DNA from: Deltaproteobacteria bacterium
GTDB taxonomy: Bacteria; Desulfobacterota; Dissulfuribacteria; Dissulfuribacterales; QOAL01
Length of the DNA: 64,000 nucleotides
Direction: 5' to 3'
NCBI GenBank assembly: GCA_027003115.1
Contig: JALWYS010000065.1
Span: forward strand, 4,655-68,654
Positions 47,295-57,919 of this stretch are shown one piece after another. Every line of letters starts with the position of its first letter. Position 1 is the first letter of the stretch. The translations under genes were made by a program, and so were the position numbers. Below the pieces are notes generated by a model. It did not search any database and was not told the origin of the DNA. It saw only the letters and a list, made by a program, of their open reading frames with translations.

Positions 47295-47402
47295 ATTTCA
47301 TTAATTATCTAAAAAATACATCTTGACAAAATTGGTCACTGGTAGTTTAAGAAAAGAGTAGACATTTCAGGAGGTTGTAAAAAAAGTAACAAAGGAGGGA
47401 TT

Positions 47403-49052
47403 ATGCGTAAGGGATTTGTTCCAAAAAGGAGTTTCGGGCTTCTGCTATTGTCTTTTGTGTTCCTGTTAACGGCATCTGCAGCAGCCTTTGCTGGGGGCGT
47501 TCCACCAAATCAGGAACTGGCAGATCTGAAGGCTCAGGTGAGGGCCCTGACCAAGAGGATCAAACAGCTAGAAGCCCAGCAAAGGACAGTTCCATGCCCA
47601 GACACGGCGGCACTTGAGCAGAAGGTGCAGGAGCTTGAGAAGTGGAAGAAAGACAGGAGCAACTTTAAGGTATTTTGGAAAAACGGTTTCAGGATCAAGT
47701 ATCACAACCCCAAGAACAACAACGAGTACCTCATGAGGCTTCGTGCCGGTATCCAGATGAGGTACACCTACGTTTCAGTGGATGACGACATTTCTGGTGC
47801 AGACGAGAACTTCAGTTCCTTCACCATGCGCCGTCTGCGTCTCTTTGTGGATGGCTATGCACCTAACAAGGACTGGAAGTACTTCATGCACATTCAGCTT
47901 GAACCCCAGGGCAAGGTACACACCCATGACGCCTTTATCGTATGGCGCAAGTACAAATATGCCCGTATCCAGTTTGGTCGCATGAAGATTCCATACTCCA
48001 TTGAATACTGGCAGAGTGGATTCGGCCAAAATGGAGCGGACCGTACCATATTCACCGGTGACTCCGAAATGGATAAGGATAAGTTTGGCAACCGTACCTA
48101 TGACATTCCTGGTTACAATGCCCGTCTGAGGGTTGGAAGCCATCTGGACAAGACCACAGAATTCCCCACTGGTGGTATGCTTCTTTACAGGTCCCAGGGT
48201 TTCAATATCAATGGTGACCTGGATCTCTTCAACCAGAAACAGTTTCTGGTTTACTGGGCCGGTATTTACAACGGCAGGGACACTCAGGCTACTGCCAACT
48301 TTGACGATCAGATGCTTTATGTTGGCCGTATAGGTATAAACTTCCTTCCAGGCTCTGATCCAAAAGGTCCAATGGGACCAAAGGGATTCAAGCACTACTT
48401 TGCTCAGGGTGACTATGGTTACAACACCACACCTTTGGCAGCCTTGATCCTTGGTGTCTTCGACTGGAAGAACAAAGTTAAAAACGTCTATAATCCTGTT
48501 GGTCAAAGTGGCAAGGTTGGTGCCAAAACAGGTTTTGCTCATGACATCAACAACTACGGTGGAAATGTTGCCCTTCTCTTCAGGTATCTTGGCTTTTCAG
48601 CTGACCTTGAAGCCGGTTGGGAAGAGTTCCAGCAGGCCCCTGATAAGAATAGCCAGTACAGCTATAACTGGGACCGTTGGGGTGCCAGGGCGAATCTGGG
48701 CTATTTCTTTGTGCCAAAAAAATGGGAAGTTACAGTCAAGTATGCGTATCTGAAGAGACTTGATCAGAACAACCTTGAGAACAGCCTTGCAAGCGGTCTT
48801 GGCCTTGTAAAGATGTCTGACGATGGCGGATACGCCGTGGAGAAAGACATGCACCAGATTCGTGCAGGTATCAATTACTACCTTCATGGCTTCAATCAGT
48901 ACATCTCAGCTGAGGTTGGACTATTCCACAGGAATTTCTACGAAATCAGCCAGGACGAGGCCGATGCCCTTGGATTCACCGGCAAGCTAGCCAAGGATCC
49001 AAAGGATCAGGATGACGTCCGCTTTAGGATTCAGTACCAGCACTTCTTCTAA
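47403..49052 (+). CDS. outer-membrane porin (phosphate-selective porin O/P-like) with an N-terminal coiled coil
   Basis: AAGGAGG RBS. Signal peptide ending ASAAAFA, a heptad-like segment LADLKAQVRALTKRIKQLEAQQ, then alternating aromatic/polar beta-strand patterns. The C-terminus RFRIQYQHFF ends in Phe. Confidence 0.7.
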   Translation: MRKGFVPKRSFGLLLLSFVFLLTASAAAFAGGVPPNQELADLKAQVRALTKRIKQLEAQQRTVPCPDTAALEQKVQELEKWKKDRSNFKVFWKNGFRIKYHNPKNNNEYLMRLRAGIQMRYTYVSVDDDISGADENFSSFTMRRLRLFVDGYAPNKDWKYFMHIQLEPQGKVHTHDAFIVWRKYKYARIQFGRMKIPYSIEYWQSGFGQNGADRTIFTGDSEMDKDKFGNRTYDIPGYNARLRVGSHLDKTTEFPTGGMLLYRSQGFNINGDLDLFNQKQFLVYWAGIYNGRDTQATANFDDQMLYVGRIGINFLPGSDPKGPMGPKGFKHYFAQGDYGYNTTPLAALILGVFDWKNKVKNVYNPVGQSGKVGAKTGFAHDINNYGGNVALLFRYLGFSADLEAGWEEFQQAPDKNSQYSYNWDRWGARANLGYFFVPKKWEVTVKYAYLKRLDQNNLENSLASGLGLVKMSDDGGYAVEKDMHQIRAGINYYLHGFNQYISAEVGLFHRNFYEISQDEADALGFTGKLAKDPKDQDDVRFRIQYQHFF

Positions 49053-49080
49053 AAAGAAGACTGCTGCATAAAGCTTAAAA

Positions 49081-49113
49081 AGACCCTGCTACGGCAGGGT
49101 CTTGTGTTTTTTT
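49081..49113 (+). terminator. rho-independent terminator after the porin gene
   Basis: AGACCCTGC-tacg-GCAGGGTCT (9-bp perfect stem) followed by TGTGTTTTTTT. Confidence 0.85.
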
Positions 49114-49118
49114 AAATG

Positions 49119-49146
49119 TTGACATGAGCCCTTTTCGTGTTATTTT
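49119..49146 (+). promoter_or_regulatory. candidate sigma-70 promoter for rplU-rpmA
   Basis: TTGACA (49119-49124), a 16-nt spacer, then TATTTT (49141-49146). It lies about 70 nt upstream of the rplU ATG. Confidence 0.4.
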
Positions 49147-49216
49147 TGACTCCGCACTTAAAAACGCCATTTGTCAATGACATGGCCTATTTTTATTGGG
49201 CCGGAGGAATCAAGAT

Positions 49217-49528
49217 ATGTTCGCAGTTGTAAAAACTGGTGGTAAGCAGTACAAGGTAACCAAGGGTGAAGTCATAAGGGTGGAAAAGCTTGATGCAGAG
49301 GTCGGCTCAGAGATTAATCTATCTGAGGTTATGATGGTTACCGACCAGGACGATGTTCAGATTGGAAACCCTGTTTTGGACACTGCTACTGTAAAGGCCA
49401 AGGTCCTGGAGCATGGTCGGGCCAGAAAAATAGTTGTTTTCAAGAAAAAAAGACGCAAGGGATATAAAAAGAAAAGAGGTCACAGACAACCCTTCACCAC
49501 CCTTGAAATTACGGATATAAGTTTATAG
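49217..49528 (+). CDS. rplU: 50S ribosomal protein L21
   Basis: [30 protein letters not shown] lies upstream of ATG 49217. Confidence 0.95.
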   Translation: MFAVVKTGGKQYKVTKGEVIRVEKLDAEVGSEINLSEVMMVTDQDDVQIGNPVLDTATVKAKVLEHGRARKIVVFKKKRRKGYKKKRGHRQPFTTLEITDISL

Positions 49529-49540
49529 GAGGCTTTTGTT

Positions 49541-49792
49541 ATGGCACATAAAAAGGCCGGAGGAAGCTCCAAAAACGGAAGAGACAGTAAGGGGCAAAGG
49601 CGCGGAGTCAAGAGGTTCGGTGGCCAGTTCGTGCGTGCAGGCAATATACTCGTTCGTCAGTTGGGAACCAAGTTCCATCCAGGTAAGAACGTGGGTATGG
49701 GCAAGGATTATACCCTGTTTTCAAAGATTGACGGCAAGGTAAAGTTTGAAACCAGACGTAACAGGCAGCTTGTAAGCGTCTATCCAGCATAA
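49541..49792 (+). CDS. rpmA: 50S ribosomal protein L27
   Basis: [29 protein letters not shown]. Confidence 0.96.
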   Translation: MAHKKAGGSSKNGRDSKGQRRGVKRFGGQFVRAGNILVRQLGTKFHPGKNVGMGKDYTLFSKIDGKVKFETRRNRQLVSVYPA

Positions 49793-49827
49793 TTTTTCAT
49801 CCAACAACCCAAACCCATTTTTCAAAA

Positions 49828-49858
49828 CCCACATCTTATTTGGGATGTGGGTTTTTTA
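49828..49858 (+). terminator. rho-independent terminator after rpmA
   Basis: CCCACATC (49828-49835) pairs with GATGTGGG (49844-49851) and is followed by TTTTTTATTT. Confidence 0.8.
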
Positions 49859-49928
49859 TTTGAAAAAACTGATTATTTTTAAAGGGTCTGACCAGTATAT
49901 TTGTCAAATGACGGCTTGAAGTTTTTTT

Positions 49929-50960
49929 ATGAATTTTGTAGACGAGGCAGAAATATATGTTAAGGCCGGAGATGGAGGTCCTGGGGCTGTCAGCTTCCGC
50001 CGGGAAAAATATGTCCCTAGAGGTGGCCCGGATGGTGGGGACGGCGGCAAAGGAGGCGATGTAATCTTCCAGGTGGACCCGGGTCTCAATACCCTTCAAT
50101 CTTTCAGGCATAAAAGGAGGTTCTTGGCACAAAAAGGCAGGGCTGGAGCTGGGAAGAAGATGCACGGTCGTTCAGGTGCTGATCTTGTTGTGAAGGTGCC
50201 TGCAGGAACCATTGTTAGAGATCTGGATACCGGTTTGGTGCTTGCCGATCTCACAACTCCGGGTCAGAGGTGGATAGCAGCCAGGGGTGGCCTGGGAGGC
50301 AAGGGGAATGCCCGCTTTGCCACAGCAACTAACCAGGCACCCCGTTACAGTCAGGAAGGGCTGAAAGGTGAGGAGAGGCGGTTCAGGCTTGAGCTCAAAC
50401 TCCTTGCCGATGTGGGCCTTGTTGGAGCCCCAAATGCAGGTAAATCGACCCTTCTTTCCAGATGCTCGGCTGCTAAGCCCAAGATTGCAGATTATCCCTT
50501 CACCACACTTGTGCCTCACCTTGGGGTAGTGGAAGTCAATACAGAAGAAAGCTTTGTCATGGCAGATATTCCCGGGTTGATTGAGGGGGCACACTCGGGT
50601 GTTGGCATGGGAGCAGATTTTCTGAAACATATTGAAAGGACCTCTGTGCTTCTTCATGTATTGGATGTATCTGTAGGTATGGACGAGGCTATAAAGCAGT
50701 ATGAGATGATAAGGCAGGAGCTTCTTTCATTCAACCATTCCCTTCTTTCAAAGGCAACCGTGGTTGCTTTGAATAAAATAGATATCAGTGATCCGAAGGA
50801 AGTTACTGCAATAAAGAAATGGCTTGAGGCAAAAGGTGAGCGGGTTTTCCTGATTTCTGCTTACACTGGTGAGGGATTGGGTAGTCTTATACCTACCCTT
50901 TTAAATGAAGTTAAAATTCATAAAAACGAATTTGGTCGTCATGGACAAGAAGCTGTTTGA
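49929..50960 (+). CDS. obg: GTPase Obg/CgtA
   Basis: FVDEAEIYVKAGDGGPGAVSFRREKYVPRGGPDGGDGGKGGDV, G1 motif GAPNAGKST, and DIPGLIEGA. Confidence 0.95.
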   Translation: MNFVDEAEIYVKAGDGGPGAVSFRREKYVPRGGPDGGDGGKGGDVIFQVDPGLNTLQSFRHKRRFLAQKGRAGAGKKMHGRSGADLVVKVPAGTIVRDLDTGLVLADLTTPGQRWIAARGGLGGKGNARFATATNQAPRYSQEGLKGEERRFRLELKLLADVGLVGAPNAGKSTLLSRCSAAKPKIADYPFTTLVPHLGVVEVNTEESFVMADIPGLIEGAHSGVGMGADFLKHIERTSVLLHVLDVSVGMDEAIKQYEMIRQELLSFNHSLLSKATVVALNKIDISDPKEVTAIKKWLEAKGERVFLISAYTGEGLGSLIPTLLNEVKIHKNEFGRHGQEAV

Positions 50961-52080
50961 CGAACATATCCATTCGGCAAGGCGCGTAGTCATAAAGATA
51001 GGAAGTGCCGTTTTGACCAATCGTCACGGGCTTGAAAAGGGTCTCATTGATGATCTTTGCAGTCAAATGGCCTCCCTGATGGAAGAAGGCCGGCAGCTGG
51101 TGATTGTTTCTTCAGGGGCCGTGGCAGCCGGGATGACAAAGATGCCAGAAAAGGCCCAGGGGTGTTCTGTTCCGGAAAAACAGGCTCTGGCTGCAATAGG
51201 CCAGGGTTTACTCATGCAGGTCTATGAGGAGGCATTTTCAAAATATGGCTTCAGGGTGGCACAGGTGCTTCTTACAAGAGATGGGCTTGTCCCAAGAAGA
51301 CGGTATGTCAATGCAAAAAATACCATTAAGACATTGATGGATTGGCGTGTCATTCCTGTCATCAATGAGAACGATACAGTAGCAACGGAAGAGCTTCAAT
51401 TTACTGACAATGATGCCTTATCTGTCCTGGTGGTAAATCTGGCAGAGGCTGATCTTCTCGTTTGCCTGAGCGACATAGACGGTCTCTATGAAAGAGATCC
51501 AAGAGAAAAAGGAGATGCAAAAAAGATAAATGTGGTTGAGGAAATAGATGAAAAGGTTCTTGCCATGGCCGGAGATAGTCCTGGGAGAGCAGGCCGTGGA
51601 GGCATGGGATCCAAGCTCCGCGCAGCCAGGATGGTCACCTCCTTTGGTGTGCCAATGGTCATTGCAGGTGGAAAACAGCCTGGAATCATCCATGATATTT
51701 TCAAGGGGGATGCCGATTGCACACTTTTTCTTCCGTCAAAAAGAAAACGAATTTTCGGAAGAAAACCTTGGATAGCCTATGCCCTTGAAAGGAAGGGTAG
51801 TGTAAGCATCGATGATGGGGCGGTTTCGGCCCTTCTTAAGGGGGGAAAGAGCCTTCTTCCAGCCGGCATCTTGGAAGTGTCCGGGGAATTTCAGGAAGGT
51901 GACTGTATTGTCTGTATTGACAAGTCTGGAAATGAGATCGCCCTTGGCCTTTCAAATTATTCTGCCTCAGATCTCAGAAAGATTTCCGGATGTCATTCCA
52001 GCCAGATATGTTCAAGGATAGGAAAGGACTCTGCAAAGGAGGAGGTAATCCATAGGGATAATATGGTAACCTTGCAGTAG
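50941..52080 (+). CDS. proB: glutamate 5-kinase (with a C-terminal PUA domain)
   Basis: RVVIKIGSAVLT, VSSGAVAAG and NENDTVA. ATG 50941 overlaps the obg 3' end. Confidence 0.92.
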   Translation: MDKKLFDEHIHSARRVVIKIGSAVLTNRHGLEKGLIDDLCSQMASLMEEGRQLVIVSSGAVAAGMTKMPEKAQGCSVPEKQALAAIGQGLLMQVYEEAFSKYGFRVAQVLLTRDGLVPRRRYVNAKNTIKTLMDWRVIPVINENDTVATEELQFTDNDALSVLVVNLAEADLLVCLSDIDGLYERDPREKGDAKKINVVEEIDEKVLAMAGDSPGRAGRGGMGSKLRAARMVTSFGVPMVIAGGKQPGIIHDIFKGDADCTLFLPSKRKRIFGRKPWIAYALERKGSVSIDDGAVSALLKGGKSLLPAGILEVSGEFQEGDCIVCIDKSGNEIALGLSNYSASDLRKISGCHSSQICSRIGKDSAKEEVIHRDNMVTLQ

Positions 52081-52109
52081 CCGTTTTATGGAAATCCTGT
52101 AAATAAAAA

Positions 52110-52130
52110 GGGCCGCAGCATATACGGCCC
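52110..52130. terminator. bidirectional terminator hairpin (proB / glnA convergent)
   Basis: GGGCCG-cagcatata-CGGCCC, with AAATAAAAA on the left and TTTCT on the right. Confidence 0.6.
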
Positions 52131-52165
52131 TTTCTCTGTAGTATTTAAGAAGTTAAAAATTAATA

Positions 52166-53578
52166 TTAAATGTCGTAGTAGAGGTAGAATTCGATTGGAT
52201 GCGGGCGAAGCTTAACGGCATTCACCTCATTTTCCGTCTTGTATTCCAGCCACATGTCAATGACATCCTGGGTAAATACATCACCCTTTAAGAGGAATTC
52301 ATGGTCTTCCCTGAGTGCATCCAGGGCCTCTTCCAGTGAGCCAGGTGCTGAAGGAATGTTTGCAAGCTCTTCTGGAGGAAGGTCATAGATGTTCTTGTCA
52401 AGGGGCTCGCCCGGATCGATCTTGTTCTCTATTCCATCAAGTACTGCCATCAGCATGGCTGAGAAGGCAAGGTAGCCATTACATGATGGGTCAGGTGTCC
52501 TGAACTCGATCCTCTTTGCCTTTGGGGAGGCTGAGTACATTGGTATCCTTACTGCGGCGCTCCTGTTTCTGCTTGAATAGGCGAGGTTGACAGGTGCTTC
52601 GAATCCAGGAACGAGTCTCTTATAAGAGTTGGTTGATGGATTGGTAAAGGCGCAAAGGGCACGGCAATGTTTAAGGATGCCACCGATGGCGTACATCGCC
52701 GTTTCTGACAATCCAGCATACTTATCGCCGGCAAAAACGGGTTCGTCTCCCTTCCATATACTAATGTGGGTGTGCATACCCGTTCCGTTATCACCATAAA
52801 GGGGTTTAGGCATGAAGGTTACAGTGCGGCCGTACTTGTAGGCTACATTTTTAAGTACGTATTTGAACCACATTAGCTGGTCACCCATCTGTAGAAGAGG
52901 CTTAAAGCGCATGTCGATCTCGGCCTGGCCTGCGGTGGCAACCTCATGATGCTGACACTCGGTGTCAATTCCAAGGGATTCCAGGGTCAGAAGCATCTCT
53001 GTGCGCATATCTTGGAATTTATCAGTGGGTGGGACAGGAAAGTAACCTTCCTTGTGGCGGGGTTTGTATCCCAGGTTGGGGCACTCGTCCCTGCCACTGT
53101 TCCAGATGCCCTCTACGGAATCCACCTCGTAGAAGCAGCCATTGCTTGCATTATCGTAGCGCACGTCATCGAAGATAAAGAATTCCGCCTCTGGGCCAAA
53201 GTATGCGGTATCTCCAACACCTGTGCTCTTGAGATATGCCTCTGCCTTTTTGGCAATGTTTCTTGGGTCCCTTGAGTAGGCCTCCTTGGTGACTGGGTCA
53301 ACGATGTCACCTATGAGTACCAGTGTAGGTTCCTCGAAAAACGGGTCCATCAAGGCAGTTGAGGCATCCGGTACAACCAGCATGTCGCTGGCGTGAATGG
53401 GTTGCCAGCCCCTTATGCTTGAGCCGTCAAAACCGAAACCTGCTTCAAAGGAGCCTTCGTCCAGTTCGCTGGCCGGGACTGTAAAATGCTGCCAGACTCC
53501 AGGAAAATCCAGGAACCTCAGGTCAACAACCTTGATGTTTTTTTCCTTGATAAGGTCTAAAATTTCTTTGGGGGTCAT
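52166..53578 (-). CDS. glnA: glutamine synthetase type I
   Basis: [42 protein letters not shown] and the adenylylation-loop sequence [10 protein letters not shown]. Confidence 0.96.
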   Translation of the reverse strand: MTPKEILDLIKEKNIKVVDLRFLDFPGVWQHFTVPASELDEGSFEAGFGFDGSSIRGWQPIHASDMLVVPDASTALMDPFFEEPTLVLIGDIVDPVTKEAYSRDPRNIAKKAEAYLKSTGVGDTAYFGPEAEFFIFDDVRYDNASNGCFYEVDSVEGIWNSGRDECPNLGYKPRHKEGYFPVPPTDKFQDMRTEMLLTLESLGIDTECQHHEVATAGQAEIDMRFKPLLQMGDQLMWFKYVLKNVAYKYGRTVTFMPKPLYGDNGTGMHTHISIWKGDEPVFAGDKYAGLSETAMYAIGGILKHCRALCAFTNPSTNSYKRLVPGFEAPVNLAYSSRNRSAAVRIPMYSASPKAKRIEFRTPDPSCNGYLAFSAMLMAVLDGIENKIDPGEPLDKNIYDLPPEELANIPSAPGSLEEALDALREDHEFLLKGDVFTQDVIDMWLEYKTENEVNAVKLRPHPIEFYLYYDI

Positions 53579-53714
53579 AAATGTCTCCTCCTGTTTTTAT
53601 TATTTTTTTGGGCCTGCAACCCGAGACCTTTGGCCCATATTTTATTTCTCTAAATATGCTTCCTGTGAATTAGACAGTTTTTAATATAAATTTGAGAAAA
53701 AACCATAGTTTCTT

Positions 53715-56278
53715 TCAAAAAAGACAACTCGTTGCAGCATATTCCAGCGCCTTTTCCAACTCGTTAACAAGTCCTTCATCCTCTATGCGTTGCCCAAGGC
53801 TATCCAGCACGTAAAACACATCCACCACCTGGTCTGCACTGGAACCTATTTTGGCCTTGTGTATGTTTATATTGAAATCCGCCAAGGTCTTAGTGATGCT
53901 ATAGAGCAGACAGGGAGAGTCCTGGGCATAGACTTCGATGATTGTATAAAAGTCCGACTGCTGATTGTCTATGACAACCCTGGTTTTGGGACGTATGGAG
54001 ACCTTGTGCTCCATGAGATGGAGCCGCGAAAATTTTTCTGCCAGTCTGTGGTTGAGCCCAAGCCTGTCCTGTACGGCCATTTTCAGATCCCTGCAAAGCC
54101 CGTCCCAGTTCACCTCAGAAAATGTATTGTTGGCAAAGGAACGGACGTCAAGAACGTCCACCACGGTTCCGTCCTTCAAGGTGAAGATTTGCGCCTGAAG
54201 TATGTTGAGATTGTAAAGGGCAAAGGTTCCACAAATCTTGGACAGGAGCCCCGTTCTGTCAGTGGTCATTAAAAGCACAGACCAGAAACTTCCCCTGTCT
54301 TCAGGTACACACAGGACCTGTTTTTTCCCCATTTCATTTTTAAGCCCTATGTGAAATGATATAGCCTGGGGCGTGAAGCTAAGAAGATAATCTTCAGGCA
54401 GAATAGGGAGTATATCTTGGGCGCTTTCACCTAGAAGCTCTGAGACCTTTTGCTTCATCCAGTTGACTGCGCTTATTCTGTCCGGATCCACAAGCTCTTG
54501 TTGCTCAAGGAGATGCGCAATCTTGTGATAGACCTCAAGAAGCAGGGCCTCTTTCCAGTCATTCCATACGTTTGGACCAGTTGCAAGTGAATCGGCTATT
54601 GTGATTAAATAGAGCATATTCAACCGATCCAGCCTCTTTATGTGTCTTGCAAACTTTAATATCAGGGATTCATCCTCAAGGTCCCGCCTTGTGGCATTAT
54701 CAATAAGGTATAGGTGGTTTCTAACAAGAAATGACAGGCACTCAATTTGGGAATTGGTAAGACCAAGTCTCTTGCCAATGTCTTTTACTATCTCGGCGCC
54801 CTTTTCAGCGTGACCCCCTCCCATACCCTTTGCTATATCGTGGAGAAAGGTGGCGAGAAGAAGCACGTTTTCATCTTCAATGTTTTGGAATATCGATAAA
54901 TATTTTTCGCGAAGTTTGTTAAGCTGGACTACACTTTCAGCCAGATGCTTGTCAACGGTGTTTACATGGTAAACATCATGAATGACAAGGGCCCTCAAGT
55001 GCTCAAATTCGGGAATGAAGGAGGTTAGCAGGCCACTGTCCATGAGTTGTTCGAGTACCGTTGATTCTCTAATGTTTGCCAGTATTTCAATAAAATACTT
55101 TGCGCATTTCCTGGAAGAACGCCATTTGGGATCAATATCCTTGCATATCGAAGCCACAAGCTTTCGAGAACGAAAGTGAATGGGTATATTTTCCTTGGCT
55201 GATAGAGCAAAGGCCTTGAGCATTACGTAGGGTTTAGATCTTACAAGGTCCGGATCCGTAATGACGATTTTCCCCCTCAGCTCTTCTATGCCTTTGCAAA
55301 ACACCCTTGAGGCAACAGAAGCAGGCTGTGGACTGATTACCTCCTGCACGTGTTCAAAAAAGAGATCAGATGCCACGGATATGGTCTGGAGGTCCATATG
55401 AACATCGCGCATGAATCTTTCAACACCAAGGAGATCCTTGGTGTCGTAGAATCTCAGGGCCTTTGCGATCTCTTCCTGATATTCAAAGAAAAGGCGGTCG
55501 TTTTTGCGCCCGCTTGCGTGATGGAGCCTGTTTCTGACAACAAAAAGATGGTCTCTGGCCGCAATTATTTGTTCATATTCGTCTCTGCTAAGAAGACCGG
55601 CCCGGCGGAATTCCTCAAGGTTTTTGAGCCCGAAGAGCACTTTCCCTGTCCACAAAATGGCGTGGAGGTCTCTAAGCCTCCTCTGCTCTCTTTGATATTT
55701 GGCTCAAGCAGATATGTGTGATCTCCAAACCGCTTGTGCCTTTCGCTGCGATGGAGCATCATGTCCTGGGCAAATGTTTTTCTGGCCCCGGCCTCAAAAT
55801 GCTCCCTGAATCTATCAGATAATTTATTGAAGAGTTCTTTGTCTCCGCAGATGGGTCTGGCATCTATCAGGGAGACCATGAAAAAGAAGTCGTTTTTTAT
55901 GTCCTCCATGCAGGCGTCAATGGTGCGTACCCCGTGCCCAACGTCAAGGCCTGCGTCCCAGAGTGGATAAAAGACTGCTTCTGTCACCTTCTCAATGAAG
56001 TGCGCCTGTTTTTCATTGTATAGTAAGAGGAGATCTATGTCTGAATAGGGGAAAAGCTCTTTTCTTCCATAGCCGCCCAGGGCAACCAGACATAGGCCGG
56101 AAGGATTTTCCTGAAAAATAGAATAAAATTTCTCTCTTATGAATTCGTCTATAAGTGAAGAGTGCTGTAGCAATAAGTCGGCACCAGACAGACCACGTTC
56201 CCAAAGGCTCGCAAGGGCCTGTCTGGGCGTTAAAATATCAAAGACGCCTTTTTCTGCCAAAAGGCCTTCCTGGTTCAT
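53715..56278 (-). pseudogene. glnD: [protein-PII] uridylyltransferase/uridylyl-removing enzyme GlnD, interrupted by a 1-nt frameshift near 55676
   Basis: ORF 55565..56278 carries the nucleotidyltransferase domain (GGYGRKELFPYSDIDLLLLY, LEPNIKESRGGL). ORF 53715..55655 is in another frame and carries RDLHAILWTGKV, the HD domain and two ACT domains. The coding strand reads GGAGGCTTAGAGACC where GGAGGCCTTAGAGACC would restore GGLRDLH. Confidence 0.85.
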
Positions 56279-56305
56279 GAGCTAACGTATGCGATAAACA
56301 GATTG

Positions 56306-56656
<351 letters not shown>

Positions 56657-56659
56657 TCA

Positions 56660-57877
56660 TCAAATGTTGTAGCCTATTTCACTGTGCTGCGTGATATCAA
56701 GGCCTTGGATCTCATCGTCACGATCTACCCTAAGTCCAATAATCATATCAACAACCTTCAATATAACAAAGCTTAAAACCAAAGAATATACAATTGCGCT
56801 TCCAGCACCCAAAGCCTGAATGAGAAACTGTTTGGGGTTTCCATAAAAGAGTCCGTTTGCACCATCAGGATTCCAGGCCAGGGAAGCAAAAAGGCCTGTT
56901 GCCAGGGCACCCCACAGCCCCCCAACGCCATGGACCGCCACCACATCCAGGGCGTCATCGTAACCGAATCTGGTTTTAAAGAGTATCGCGCAGTAACAGA
57001 GGGCCCCTGCCACGAGTCCTATGATGGCAGCTGAGACAGGGCTGACAAAGCCTGCCGCCGGTGTGACGGCCACCAGACCTGCTACAGCACCAGATGCTGC
57101 TCCAAGGGCTGTGGGTTTGCCCTGGATTATCCACTCTGTTACCACCCAGGACATGAGTGCACAGCCAGTGGCAATCTGTGTGGTGAAAAAGGCAAGGGTT
57201 GCTATCTTGCCTGCAGAAAGGGCACTTCCAGCATTGAAACCGAACCAGCCAAACCACAAGATTCCGGCTCCAAGCACCGTCATTGGCAGATTGTGGGGAT
57301 GAAAGGCCTCCTGTCCCCAGCCCTTTCTCTTGCCAAGCACCATGGCAGCTGCCAGGGCCGCACAGGCGGAGTTTATGTGGATTACGGTACCGCCCGCAAA
57401 GTCGAGGGCACCAAGCTTGCCAAGCCAGCCTCCCTGCCCCCATACCCAATGGCATACAGGCATGTAAACAAAAGTACTCCAAAGTGCCGTGAAAAGGAGA
57501 AAGGCCGTAAATCGTATCCTCTCTGCATAGGCACCTGAGATGAGCGCCGGTGTGATAATGGCAAACATCAGCTGAAAGGCGCAAAATAAAAGGTCAGGAA
57601 TGGTATCCGAGTAAGGCCCGGGATCAAGGCCTACCCCCTTTAGCCCCATCCAGTCCAGGTTGCCAACGAATCCGCCAATATCCGGCCCAAAGGCCATGGA
57701 ATATCCATATATCAGCCATATGAAGGAAACCAGGCCAAGGCAAAACATGCTGTGCATTATGGTGCTGAGCACGTTTTTGTTTCTTACAAGACCTCCGTAA
57801 AAAAGGGCAAGGCCTGGTGTCATGAACATGACCAGGGCCGTAGCTAATAACATGAAGGCGGTATCACCGGTGTCCAT
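56660..57877 (-). CDS. amtB: ammonium transporter (Amt family), copy 2
   Basis: 405 aa and polytopic. Motifs DTAFMLLATALVMFMTPGLALFYGG, DFAGGTVIHINS and DVVAVHGVGGLWGA. Confidence 0.95.
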   Translation of the reverse strand: MDTGDTAFMLLATALVMFMTPGLALFYGGLVRNKNVLSTIMHSMFCLGLVSFIWLIYGYSMAFGPDIGGFVGNLDWMGLKGVGLDPGPYSDTIPDLLFCAFQLMFAIITPALISGAYAERIRFTAFLLFTALWSTFVYMPVCHWVWGQGGWLGKLGALDFAGGTVIHINSACAALAAAMVLGKRKGWGQEAFHPHNLPMTVLGAGILWFGWFGFNAGSALSAGKIATLAFFTTQIATGCALMSWVVTEWIIQGKPTALGAASGAVAGLVAVTPAAGFVSPVSAAIIGLVAGALCYCAILFKTRFGYDDALDVVAVHGVGGLWGALATGLFASLAWNPDGANGLFYGNPKQFLIQALGAGSAIVYSLVLSFVILKVVDMIIGLRVDRDDEIQGLDITQHSEIGYNI

Positions 57878-57919
57878 CTCTCTGTTTCTCCTTTCCTCTC
57901 ACATATTGGATTCAGCCTG

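Noticed and set aside
47031-47296. TTAA...TTAA flanks with CCC/GGG termini on the inverted-repeat element, read as a piggyBac-like transposon signature.
   Set aside because: This is a 4-nt coincidence in AT-rich intergenic DNA, there is no transposase, and that family is eukaryotic. The element is reported only as a structured repeat.
55660-55685. Programmed ribosomal frameshifting in glnD (an SD-like AGGAGG lies just upstream of the shift site, reminiscent of prfB).
   Set aside because: The required shift is -1, and there is no X-XXY-YYZ slippery heptamer and no in-frame stop at the site. A 1-nt deletion (GGCC to GGC) is the simpler explanation.
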